A stretch of 49,346 nt of DNA. Source: Bdellovibrionales bacterium. Its GTDB lineage: Bacteria; Bdellovibrionota; FAC87; UBA2466; JACKAF01. The number at the start of each line of letters is the position of its first letter. Position 1 is the stretch's first letter. Shown in pieces: positions 30,131 to 41,529 of the stretch. The notes below the pieces were generated by a model. It did no database searches. It saw only the letters and a program-made list of their open reading frames with translations, and was not told the DNA's origin. The translations under genes and the position numbers were made by a program. The stretch covers positions 1-49,346 of the forward strand of contig JAGQZV010000002.1 of the NCBI GenBank assembly GCA_020435295.1, given 5' to 3'.

Positions 30131-30318
30131 GTTCTTACCCTACACTTTCCCAACAAAGCTCCGCAGTCTAGGAGAAACCCCTCACCGTGTCAATGATCCG
30201 CTCCGCCGCGTTTGGATGAGGCCAACCCCTGAAGCCGATGTTGCCAAATACCCGCCCTTTTGGTTTGCTACCTATTTTCCTCGGGCTCTGATTTCCTGGG
30301 TCGGTTGGCTAAAGCAGC

Positions 30319-31635
30319 ATGGAAGATACACTGTGGGAAGATATTCGAACGCAACTCAAACATGTACTGCCGAGCCACGTCTACCATTCCTACGTCGAGC
30401 GAGCCAGGGGAGAGGCCAAGAAATCCGGCCTTAGGTTGGAGTTCTCCGACTCTTTTGCCAAAGAAAATTTCGAACAAAAATGCTTGCCCATCGTTAAGGA
30501 AATTCTGAAAAAACAGCGGCTCACTAAGCTGCCCATCTCCATGCTCGTAACGGGAGCCGGGTCCGCGCCAGAGCAGACGGAAATATCGCCTTACGCCCTT
30601 GGGCAGCTGTACGAGAGTTCGCCCTTTGACGCCAAATACACGTTTGACACCTTCGTGGTGGGAAGTTCCAACCAATTTGCCCACGCGGCTTGCCTTGCGG
30701 TCGCAAAACAGCCGGGGCAAGCCTACAACCCGCTTTTCCTGTTCGGGGGGGCCGGATTGGGCAAAACGCATTTGCTACGGGCAATTGGCTACGAAGTTTC
30801 CCTGATGGACAAGAACCTCAAGGTAATCTTCCTCTCGTGCGAAGCTTTCACCAACGAACTTATCCAAGCCATCCGGCTGGATCGAATGCGCGAGTTTCGC
30901 GAAAAGTACCGCCGCGGTTGCGACGTTCTACTTTTGGACGACATCCATTTTCTTGCTGGTAAGGAGCGGACCCAAGAAGAGTTCTTCTACACTTTCAATT
31001 CGCTTCACGAATTGCGTAAGCAGATTATCGTGACCTCAGACCGCTACCCCAAGGACATTCCTGGCTTAGAGAAGCGCCTACAAACGCGTTTTGAGTGGGG
31101 ACTGGTAGCTGACCTGCAGCCGCCCGAAATCGAAACGCGTGTGGCGATTCTAAAGAACAAGGCGGAGCTAGAAGGGATCCCCCTTCCGGACGAGGTTGCG
31201 GAGTTCATCGCCACGCATGTGAAGAACAACATCCGGGAACTAGAGGGAGCTTTGCATCGGCTACAGGCCTACGCCACCCTGATGGGCGTTCCCATCAATG
31301 TGGAACTCGCCAGCCAGACGATGAAGGATATTGCTCCAAAGCACAAACATGAACTCACTCCCGAGGCCATCCTCAAACTGGTGAGCATTCATTTCAACGT
31401 GAAAACGACGGATTTGAAATCGGACAAAAGAGTCCGAAAACTGACCTTCCCGCGTCAGATCTGCATGTACCTTTTGCGGAAGTATTTGCTGATGTCTTTC
31501 CCCGAAATCGGACGATTTATGGGCGGGAAGGATCACACCACTATCCTGCATGGTGTCAGCAAGATCTCCGATCTCGCGCGAAGCGATGCCGAGACCCTCA
31601 ATCACATCACCGAAATCGAAAGTCTGATCCGCTAA
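30319..31635 (+). CDS. dnaA: Chromosomal replication initiator DnaA
   Basis: AAA+ Walker A GGAGLGKTHLL, sensor motifs, and a C-terminal DnaA-box-binding HTH (GGKDHTTILHG). Confidence 0.97.
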   Translation: MEDTLWEDIRTQLKHVLPSHVYHSYVERARGEAKKSGLRLEFSDSFAKENFEQKCLPIVKEILKKQRLTKLPISMLVTGAGSAPEQTEISPYALGQLYESSPFDAKYTFDTFVVGSSNQFAHAACLAVAKQPGQAYNPLFLFGGAGLGKTHLLRAIGYEVSLMDKNLKVIFLSCEAFTNELIQAIRLDRMREFREKYRRGCDVLLLDDIHFLAGKERTQEEFFYTFNSLHELRKQIIVTSDRYPKDIPGLEKRLQTRFEWGLVADLQPPEIETRVAILKNKAELEGIPLPDEVAEFIATHVKNNIRELEGALHRLQAYATLMGVPINVELASQTMKDIAPKHKHELTPEAILKLVSIHFNVKTTDLKSDKRVRKLTFPRQICMYLLRKYLLMSFPEIGRFMGGKDHTTILHGVSKISDLARSDAETLNHITEIESLIR

Positions 31636-31844
31636 AAAATCTGGGGATTGTTTGTAACTTCCTGTGGATTGTTTTGACAGTGGCAACGGGATCTTTTGTC
31701 CCCGGATCAACAAGTCAAAGACCTGAGTAATTGATCAGATGCGATACACTGCCATACATTAGTTTCTAACATTAGTTTTGGGGAGTTAGCGTGCCATACA
31801 TCACAATACGATAATTTTCTTGCCGTTGATCGGGCGCCAAACGA

Positions 31845-31910
31845 TGTTGATAACTCTGTTCATAACTCTGTTGATAACTTGTTAATTGTCTGTTGATAAC
31901 TTGTTGATAA
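31845..31910 (-). promoter_or_regulatory. Left DnaA-box array (5 boxes, minus-strand orientation, TTATCAACA type)
   Basis: TGTTGATAA occurs at 31845, 31869, 31891 and 31902, and TGTTCATAA at 31857. Spacings are 12, 12, 22 and 11 bp. Confidence 0.8.
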
Positions 31911-31914
31911 CTTG

Positions 31915-31968
31915 TTTTCCACAGATCAACCGGAGTTATCCACAGCAATATCCACACCGTTGTCCACA
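31915..31968 (+). promoter_or_regulatory. Right DnaA-box array (4 boxes, plus-strand orientation, TTATCCACA type)
   Basis: TTTTCCACA at 31915, a perfect TTATCCACA at 31936, ATATCCACA at 31948 and TTGTCCACA at 31960. Spacings are 21, 12 and 12 bp. Confidence 0.85.
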
Positions 31969-32002
31969 GGAAAGGGTGTTTGTTTTTAGGGGCTTAGGTG
32001 GG

Positions 32003-32085
32003 TTTTCAACATTTCAACAGTACTAAATACTACTACTATAAGATCTTATAAGATCTATGTTATGAATACATAATTATAGCTTTCT
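32003..32085. promoter_or_regulatory. Candidate DNA unwinding element: degenerate tandem boxes, CTA/TAG trinucleotide run and a 10-bp tandem repeat
   Basis: TTTTCAACA and ATTTCAACA occupy 32003-32019, followed by TACTAAATACTACTACTATAA. TATAAGATCT is repeated twice (32037-32046 and 32047-32056). This is the most AT-rich stretch of the spacer and ends at the dnaN RBS GGAGGAG. Confidence 0.55.
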
Positions 32086-32102
32086 GGGGAGTCGGAGGAG
32101 GC

Positions 32103-33239
32103 ATGAAGTTCGTCATTTCTAAGAGCCAGATGTTGTTAGGGCTGCAAAGAGTGCAGAATGTTGTTGAGCGTCGAACAACTATGCCCATTTTGTCCAACGC
32201 ACTGATCAAGACGGAGCGTGAGGGAATCTCTTTGGCGGCAACAGACCTCGAAGTTGGGATTCAAAGCCTCCTGGAAGCAAAAGTTTTGGATGAAGGTGCC
32301 ATCACGGTCCGAGCACGAAGCCTTCTTGACATCGTTAGAGAACTTCCTGAAACGGAGATTCATTTCCAAACTCGCGAAAATCACCGGCTGGAGATTACGG
32401 CAAACAAGTCAGTCTTCAACATCTTGGGACTACCGGCCGAAGACTTTCCCGAAATCCCGGGATTTGGTTCCCTGGAGCAGCAATCTTTTGTTCGGATGAA
32501 CGGTCGTGCCATTATTTCAATGCTGGACAAGACCTTGTACGCTGTGTCTAATGACGAGTCGCGTTATCACCTTAACGGGGTCTACTTTGAAACAGTGGAG
32601 GAAAAGGCCAAGAGACTTTTCCGAATGGTCGCGACCGATGCGCACCGGCTCTCCCTAGTGGACAATGTCGAAGCCCTTTTTGACGAGAGTGCTTGGAGAA
32701 TTTTTGAGCAGGGTGTCATTATTCCAAAAAAGGGGTTAAACGAATTGCGGCGTCTGCTCTCTGAAGGCAAAGACGATTTTTTTGCGGCAATCCAGGGAAA
32801 AATGCTGCTCGTAAAGCAGGAAAGTATCTTTCTCACGATGCGCCTCATTGAGGGAAAATACGCGGACTATCGCAGGATTATTCCTAAGCGCGGTAACGAT
32901 GCCATCGAGCTCGACCGGGATTCGCTTCTGGCTTCCTTGAAACGCGTTTCTTTGGTCTCTAATGACAAGTCCAAGAGCGTTGCATTAAGCTTGCACGACG
33001 GAATTTTAGAGCTTTCTAGCCAAAGTCCGGAGCTGGGAGAGGCCCATGAAGAACTCTCCATCGCGTACCAAGGAGAGCCTTTGAAAATTGGGTTCAATTC
33101 CAAATACCTGATAGAAGCGCTTTCCACGATAGAGAGTGACAAGGTTTTATTAGAGATACGCGGCAAGCAAAATCCGGGCGTGATCCGTTCGATGGACAAC
33201 TCGAACCACACCAGTGTTGTTATGCCGATGAGAATCTAG
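32103..33239 (+). CDS. dnaN: DNA polymerase III beta sliding clamp
   Basis: Three-domain clamp length (378 aa), a conserved N-terminus (MKF.I....L...L..V...V..R...PIL.N.L) and the C-terminal MPMRI. Confidence 0.95.
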   Translation: MKFVISKSQMLLGLQRVQNVVERRTTMPILSNALIKTEREGISLAATDLEVGIQSLLEAKVLDEGAITVRARSLLDIVRELPETEIHFQTRENHRLEITANKSVFNILGLPAEDFPEIPGFGSLEQQSFVRMNGRAIISMLDKTLYAVSNDESRYHLNGVYFETVEEKAKRLFRMVATDAHRLSLVDNVEALFDESAWRIFEQGVIIPKKGLNELRRLLSEGKDDFFAAIQGKMLLVKQESIFLTMRLIEGKYADYRRIIPKRGNDAIELDRDSLLASLKRVSLVSNDKSKSVALSLHDGILELSSQSPELGEAHEELSIAYQGEPLKIGFNSKYLIEALSTIESDKVLLEIRGKQNPGVIRSMDNSNHTSVVMPMRI

Positions 33240-33252
33240 CGGAGCACGATGA

Positions 33253-35684
<2,432 letters not shown>

Positions 35685-35685
<1 letters not shown>

Positions 35686-38132
35686 TGGAAGTTGAAGTCG
35701 AAAAGCAAGTTGTCCCGGTGACCATCGAGTCGCAGATGCGCGAGGCGTATCTCGAATATGCGATGTCTGTCATCATTGGCCGTGCGCTGCCCGATGCGCG
35801 CGATGGGTTGAAGCCTGTGCACCGTCGTATTCTCTATGCGATGTACGATCTGGGAAACTTTCACGACAAGGCCTTCAAAAAATCCGCTCGTGTGGCTGGT
35901 GACGTTATTGGTAAGTACCACCCACACGGTGAAAGTGCGGTGTACGACACAATGGTTCGTATGGCGCAGGACTTTAGTTTGCGCTACCCCTTGATCGATG
36001 GTCAGGGAAACTTCGGTTCCATCGATGGCGATCCCGCGGCGGCCATGCGATATACCGAAGTTCGGCTTGCAAAAATTACGTCCGAGGTGCTTGCGGATCT
36101 CGACAAAGATACCGTCGGGTTTTCGCCAAATTATGATAACTCTTTGAAGGAACCCGACGTCCTACCGTCGAGAATCCCAAATCTCTTGGTTAATGGGAGT
36201 GCTGGCATTGCGGTTGGGATGGCAACGAATATACCGCCTCACAATCTGACTGAAATCGTAGAAGGGGTTAAGCTCCTTCTTAAGAACAAAGATACGTCCG
36301 TTGACGAACTCCTAAAGCTCATTCCGGGCCCGGATTTTCCTACGGGTGCTTTTATTTACGGTCGCTCAGGAATTAGGGAAATTTATCGGACAGGCAAAGG
36401 CGTTATTCGTCTCAGGGCCAAAGCCGACATTGAAGAGGGAAAAAAGGACAAAGAGCAAATCATCGTCACTGAAATCCCGTTTCAGGTGAATAAAGCGCGT
36501 TTGATAGAGCACGTTGCCCACTTGGTTCGTGACAAAAAAATAGATGGTATTACAGATATCCGCGATGAGTCCGACCGGAAAGGAATGCGGATAGTTTTCG
36601 AGTTGCGCAAGGGTGAGGATAGCCGGGTTATCCTAAATCAGCTTTACAAGAATACCCAGATGCAGACCTCATTCGGCGTCAGCATGCTGGCTTTGGATCA
36701 TCAGCAGCCGAAGCTGATGAACCTGAAAGATTTACTGAGCATCTTCATTAATCACCGAAAGGAAGTGGTTACGCGAAGGACCGCTTTCGAGCTGAAAAAA
36801 GCGGAAGAGAAAGCGCACATCTTAGAAGCTCTGAAAAAAGCGGTCGAGAATCTGGATGAAGTTGTAGCGCTCATTCGTAAGGCAGCGAGCCCAGCTGTGG
36901 CGCAAGACCAATTGATCGCGAAGTTCGAGTTCTCTGAGGCTCAGGCCAAAGCCATTTTGGAAATGCGCCTGTCTCGTCTCACGGGCCTGGAACGCGACAA
37001 GATCATCGAGGACTACAAGGCCACGATGAATCTAATCAAAGAACTCAAAGCAATTCTCGCAGATGAGGACAAGGTAGTTCAGATCATCCTTAAAGAGCTT
37101 GAAGAGATTAAGAAGTCTTTCGGTGACGATCGTCGCACTCAGTTTATTGACGAGCAGGAGGAGTTAACTGTCGAAGATTTGATTCAGGAAGAATCGATGT
37201 TCGTGACCGTTACCTACTCGGGGTATGTGAAACGCGTTCCGCCCAATACATACCGTGCGCAGAAGCGTGGCGGGAAGGGTGTCATCGGGGCCGCGACCAA
37301 GGCCGAGGACTTCATCAAAGATATCTTCGTGGCTTCTACCCACGACTATGTGTTGTGCTTTACGGATCAGGGGCGCGTGTATTGGCTAAAGGTTCACAAG
37401 ATCCCAGAGGGTGGACGAACGGCACGCGGCAAGGCCATCATCAACTTGTTGAACCTGGCTCCACAAGAGCGTGTTCAGGCGATCTTGCCCGTAAAAGAAT
37501 TCAAAGACACTGAATACGTGGTGATGGTAACCAAAAAAGGCGTCATCAAGAAAACTTCCTTAGGTGCATTCTCTCGCCCCATGAAGCGCGGGATTATTGC
37601 TCTTACCATTGATCCGTCCGACAGCGTTGTGGATGCACGTGTTACCGATGGTGCGCAGGAAATTATTTTGGTCAGCCGCAACGGGCAAAGTATTCGTTTC
37701 TCCGAGGGAGATGTGCGCGAGATGGGGCGCTCAGCACGTGGCGTAACGGGAATGCGCTTTAAAGAAGACGATGATGAAGTGGTGGGGATGAGTATTGTCC
37801 AGCCGGAGGCCCGTGACAGCCATCTATTGACCGTTACAGACAAAGGATTTGGAAAACGTACCGCGATCGAAGAGTACCGTGTGCAAGGCCGTGGGGGATC
37901 TGGTATCCGCACCATGAAGATTACGGATAAGAACGGTCCTGTGGTGGCCGTCCGGCACGTGCGGGATGAGGACGAGATCATTATTGCTTCTGACAAAGGC
38001 AAAGTGATGCGGACCAAGGTTTCTGAGATCTCTGAAGTGGGGCGCGTAGCACAGGGCGTCCGTCTCATAAAAGTGGCCGACGATGAACGCGTCGGCGCAG
38101 TCGCTACCATTGTTAAGGAAGACGAAGAATAA
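35685..38132 (+). CDS. gyrA: DNA gyrase subunit A
   Basis: GKYHPHGES (QRDR region), an active-site Tyr in AAMRYTE, and C-terminal beta-pinwheel repeats. Its ATG overlaps the gyrB TAA (TAATG). Confidence 0.97.
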
Positions 38133-38934
38133 CGCTCGTGTCCTTCGTTGGATTCGGGTGGCCAGCACTTACCTAACGGTGGGCCTATTGCTAGGCCTGG
38201 TGGCGTGTACCCAACAACGACAAGAGCGATTGCTTCGCGAAGGCGATCACGAAATTAGTGAATCACGGTACGTGAAAGCCGTGGAACTGTTTAGAAAAGC
38301 TCTTTCTATGGATCCTGCCTCCGCGTACGGGGTGAAAGCGGCGTACAAATTGGGCTTTGTTTTGGAAACCTACTTCAAAGACTATGAGGGAGCGTTACTT
38401 AGCTACGAGGAGTTTATCAAAAACTCCCCTGACAAAGTTCGTAACTACGGAGTACGAAAACGCATGGCGAGCTTGCAGCTCGAGCAATTGCGAGATTTTG
38501 AAGGTGCCCAAGAAAGTTATAAATTGCTTCTGGATGAAAGCCCTAAGGGACCAGAGGCCGGTGAGTTCATGTTCAAGATGGCGAGTGCGGCCTTCCAGCA
38601 AAATAAGTTCGAAGAAAGCCGTGGAATATATCAGAGCTTGGTGGAACGCTACCCAAATAGTGAACTTGTTCCTGGAGCCCGCTATGAGATTGGTAATACT
38701 TACTACATGCAAGAGCGCTACGAAGTGGCATTGCAAGCACTCAAACAGGTATTGCGTGAGCACCCCCAAAGCAAATATTCAATTGAAGCCCAATTTTTGA
38801 TGGCGCGTTGTCTAGAACAACAACTCAACTTTGCCGAGGCGTTGGAAATGTATGAGGGCTTGGAGGGCCGGTACTTCCCTAAGCAAGTGCTGAGCCAGCG
38901 TATTGAAAAGATCAAACCCAAGGTAAAAAAGTAA
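38083..38934 (+). CDS. TPR-repeat lipoprotein (BamD/YfiO- or CpoB/YbgF-like)
   Basis: Lipobox LVAC, followed by repeated TPR-like units (e.g. [40 protein letters not shown]). ATG 38083 overlaps gyrA by 50 nt. The alternative start is GTG 38158. Confidence 0.7.
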   Translation: MNASAQSLPLLRKTKNNARVLRWIRVASTYLTVGLLLGLVACTQQRQERLLREGDHEISESRYVKAVELFRKALSMDPASAYGVKAAYKLGFVLETYFKDYEGALLSYEEFIKNSPDKVRNYGVRKRMASLQLEQLRDFEGAQESYKLLLDESPKGPEAGEFMFKMASAAFQQNKFEESRGIYQSLVERYPNSELVPGARYEIGNTYYMQERYEVALQALKQVLREHPQSKYSIEAQFLMARCLEQQLNFAEALEMYEGLEGRYFPKQVLSQRIEKIKPKVKK

Positions 38935-38936
38935 GA

Positions 38937-39155
38937 ATGATTGTGGATCCCAAATGGTTGCGCTACGCCTCAATCATGAGCAGTGCCGTTACCGTGAAGG
39001 GCCTGCTCATCTTTGGTGGTTACTGGGTGGGGGAATACGCTGACAAGCGGTGGGGAACCTCGCCGTGGCTCATGTTTGTCGGCATCATTTCGGGAACCAC
39101 TTTGGGATTCTATTGGCTTCTTCATGTGGCAAAACGTGAGCGCCCCCCGAGCTGA
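38937..39155 (+). CDS. AtpZ/AtpI-like small two-TM membrane protein (ATPase_gene1 family-like)
   Basis: 72 aa with two hydrophobic helices flanking GEYADKRWGTSPW. That resembles the G.w.D..lgT.P.f signature of the small proteins encoded upstream of atpB in many F-type operons. The family assignment is from memory of the motif. Confidence 0.55.
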   Translation: MIVDPKWLRYASIMSSAVTVKGLLIFGGYWVGEYADKRWGTSPWLMFVGIISGTTLGFYWLLHVAKRERPPS

Positions 39156-39156
39156 C

Positions 39157-39180
39157 GGCGTACAACGTATCGCCATTTTT
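39157..39180 (+). terminator. Rho-independent terminator candidate after the AtpZ-like gene
   Basis: GGCGTAC-aac-GTATCGCC forms a 7-bp stem with one bulged T, followed by ATTTTT. It starts 2 nt after the TGA stop. Confidence 0.4.
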
Positions 39181-39372
39181 CCATTCTTAGAGACCGAATT
39201 CCCAAAGTTGTATGGCTGTTACCGCGCTGTGAGTGCTCCACTGATCCTATATGTATGGCTAAGTCGCTGCTCCCACTCAGGAAAACAGCACTATAACCCT
39301 TAAGAATTCTTAATATTTTTAGGGGTTTCTTTATTTGGAAGCCTTCCGTTATAATGCGTCGCAACAAAGTAG

Positions 39373-40326
39373 TTGGTTTTCATGCGCCAGTATCTAAAAC
39401 TCATTGCGCTCTCAAGCTTTTGGGGAAGTTCCTTCCTTGCGATAAAGTCCGCCATTGCGGAAGTGCCCCCCATTTTTGCTGCCACTCTACGCATGACTGT
39501 TGCGCTTACGTTTTTTATCGTAGTGCTTGCCGTCCGGCGCAGAGCTCGTACTATTCCAGGCCGCCTTTTGCCGCGAGTTTGGCTGACGGGGTTGTTTTCG
39601 ATCGGGATCCCTTTCTCCCTTTTGTTTCTTGGAATTCGCGATGCTTCCGTTTGCTTTACCGGAATTATGGATGGATCTGTTCCTTTGTGGACGTTCTTGT
39701 GGTTGGTCGTTTTTGCGCGGCAACTTGAACCCATCACGCCGACGCGGTTCTTGGGCCTATTGTTGGGTCTCGGCGGTATTTTGGTAATATTTTTTCCCCA
39801 CCTAAACCATCTCGGGGGCGGTTTGCGAGGAAAACTCCTCTTGGTACTTATGGCAAACGCCTATGCCATCGGCGTTCTGCTCAATCGTCTGCTGTTTGTT
39901 GGTGCTAAACAGATCGATCTTTTGGAAAACGTCGCCCACCAAACCGCTGCGTCCTTGCTGTATCTTCTTTGCGTGTCGTTTATTTTCGAAGACTGGAGTC
40001 TCATCCAGCCGATGCGATGGGGGTTGGGCGCCTACGCGGCCATTCTTTACCTTGGCCTCTGTTGTACGGCGCTGGCATGGATCTTCTTTTATTCTCTCAT
40101 CCGCGAGTGGGGAGCGCTTCGGGCAAGCGTTGTCTGCTATCTTACCCCGCCGATGGCGATGCTTTTTGACTTCCTAGTGACCGGTACTCCGGCCTCGCCG
40201 TTCGAGCTAGCGGGTACGGCTACTATCCTTATCGGGGTTGCCCTAGTGGAGTCCCAGAATGCTGCTTCCCAACGCCGGCGGGCCGGCGTTCGGGCGTGCT
40301 CCGCCGCAAACACCGCGGCGCGTTAA
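39373..40326 (+). CDS. EamA/DMT-superfamily transporter
   Basis: About 10 predicted TM helices in two EamA-like halves (FWGSSFLAIK... and ...ALAWIFFYSLIREWGA). The alternative start is ATG 39382. Confidence 0.8.
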   Translation: MVFMRQYLKLIALSSFWGSSFLAIKSAIAEVPPIFAATLRMTVALTFFIVVLAVRRRARTIPGRLLPRVWLTGLFSIGIPFSLLFLGIRDASVCFTGIMDGSVPLWTFLWLVVFARQLEPITPTRFLGLLLGLGGILVIFFPHLNHLGGGLRGKLLLVLMANAYAIGVLLNRLLFVGAKQIDLLENVAHQTAASLLYLLCVSFIFEDWSLIQPMRWGLGAYAAILYLGLCCTALAWIFFYSLIREWGALRASVVCYLTPPMAMLFDFLVTGTPASPFELAGTATILIGVALVESQNAASQRRRAGVRACSAANTAAR

Positions 40327-40466
40327 CTCCTTGCTAGAACGATGCTTTGCCCTTATTCGCTCGCCTCAGGACAAATCCACTTCGGGGCCGATTGCGAGTT
40401 GAATTCCGCGAATTTTGCGGGTAAGAAAAGCTCTGTATTTTTGAGGAAAAGGACTCCGGAAGGACG

Positions 40467-41174
40467 ATGACTGCGGCTGCTCATCACGCCAGTTGGCTGG
40501 AAAATTTGCCCCTTTTGCCCCACGATCCGCATTACGTGCACGTAAACGGGGCGATTCTTGTTTTCCTATTCTTGACTATCGTCTCGCTGATTTCGAACCG
40601 GATAATCAAGAACAACGTCGAAAAATTCATCGTTCCTAGCCCAAAATTCAATTTGGTAACCATTGTCGACATCCTGATCGAAGGGCTCTACGGTTTGGTA
40701 GAGACAACTCTCGGGAAGCAAGGCCGCAAGTACTTCCCGTTTATTGCGGCAGTTTTCATTTTTGTCCTGTTTTGCAACCTGCTAGGGTTGCTTCCGATGA
40801 GTAGCGCACCCACTGCCAACACGAACACAACGGTCGCGATAGGGCTAGCGAGCTTTATTTATTACAACATCATGGGTATTCGCGAGCATGGATTCGTTGG
40901 TTACCTGAAGCACTTTCTAATGGGGCTCGGACCAGCGGGCATCATCGTAGCGTTGCTGGAAATGGTGTCGCACGCGATTCGGCCGGTTTCGCTCGGAATT
41001 CGTTTATTTGTGAATATGCATGTGGATCACACGGTGGTGATGTCCTTTCACAATTTGTTTGCATGGTTGCTGCCTGTTCCATTATTGCTTTTTGGAATTG
41101 TTGTCTGTACCATACAAGCCTTTGTTTTCGCTGTGTTGACGGCAGTATATGTTCAAATGGCTACGGAGCATTAG
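40467..41174 (+). CDS. atpB: Fo ATP synthase a subunit
   Basis: A conserved stator Arg region (HAIRPVSLGIRLFVNM) and polytopic membrane topology. It is followed directly by atpE. Confidence 0.93.
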   Translation: MTAAAHHASWLENLPLLPHDPHYVHVNGAILVFLFLTIVSLISNRIIKNNVEKFIVPSPKFNLVTIVDILIEGLYGLVETTLGKQGRKYFPFIAAVFIFVLFCNLLGLLPMSSAPTANTNTTVAIGLASFIYYNIMGIREHGFVGYLKHFLMGLGPAGIIVALLEMVSHAIRPVSLGIRLFVNMHVDHTVVMSFHNLFAWLLPVPLLLFGIVVCTIQAFVFAVLTAVYVQMATEH

Positions 41175-41202
41175 TAGAGTTTTTCACGGAGGGTAACTAG
41201 TA

Positions 41203-41529
41203 ATGAGAAGCATGATGAATCGATTTTGGCTGGTTCTTGGCGGAGTTTTCGCGCTGCCCACCAGCGTGTTTGCAGCGGAAGAAGGCGCAGCCATGGCTGG
41301 TGGCCTAGGCATCCTCGGCGCCCCAGCGGTAGGTCTTTGTATCGCGCTTGCGGTTATTGCTGCGGCGACCGCGCAGGGGCGGATTGCGACTGCCTACATG
41401 GAAGGCGCTTCTCGCAATCCCGGTGCGGACAAAGTGATGCGCACACCGCTCATCCTCAGTCTGATTTTCGTGGAAACATTGGTACTATTCACAGTACTTA
41501 TCTGTTTGATGCTGGTTGGAAAGCTGTAG
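41203..41529 (+). CDS. atpE: Fo ATP synthase c subunit with an N-terminal signal-peptide-like extension
   Basis: Hairpin core with loop RNPG and an ion-binding Glu in IFVETLVLF. The mature-like core is preceded by MRSMMNRFWLVLGGVFALPTSVFA|AEE. Confidence 0.9.
   Translation: MRSMMNRFWLVLGGVFALPTSVFAAEEGAAMAGGLGILGAPAVGLCIALAVIAAATAQGRIATAYMEGASRNPGADKVMRTPLILSLIFVETLVLFTVLICLMLVGKL

Larger units (their letters stand above)
31636..32102. other. oriC: Chromosomal replication origin (oriC) in the dnaA-dnaN spacer
   Basis: A 467-bp non-coding spacer with at least nine DnaA boxes in two opposed arrays. An AT-rich segment follows, immediately upstream of dnaN. Confidence 0.85.

Noticed and set aside
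30268-30771. 167-aa minus-strand ORF overlapping the dnaA 5' region
   Set aside because: It is antisense to the conserved dnaA N-terminus and would read through the rpmH-dnaA promoter region. Its composition is non-protein-like.
31772-31957. 61-aa minus-strand ORF inside the dnaA-dnaN spacer (…SYQQVINRQLTSYQQSYEQSYQ…)
   Set aside because: Its repetitive peptide is simply the translation of the tandem DnaA boxes (TTATCAACA). The region is better explained as oriC.
37475-38168. Minus-strand ORFs of 211 aa and 114 aa opposite the gyrA C-terminal domain
   Set aside because: These are antisense shadows of a highly conserved gene, with Ser/Thr/Arg/Pro-rich translations.
39300-39313. Perfect 14-bp palindrome TTAAGAATTCTTAA upstream of the EamA transporter, near a TATAAT hexamer (39350-39355)
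   Set aside because: About three perfect 14-bp palindromes are expected by chance in a window of this size (roughly 49,000 x 4^-7). It is AT-rich, and no convincing -35 element accompanies the TATAAT. This is not enough to call an operator or promoter.
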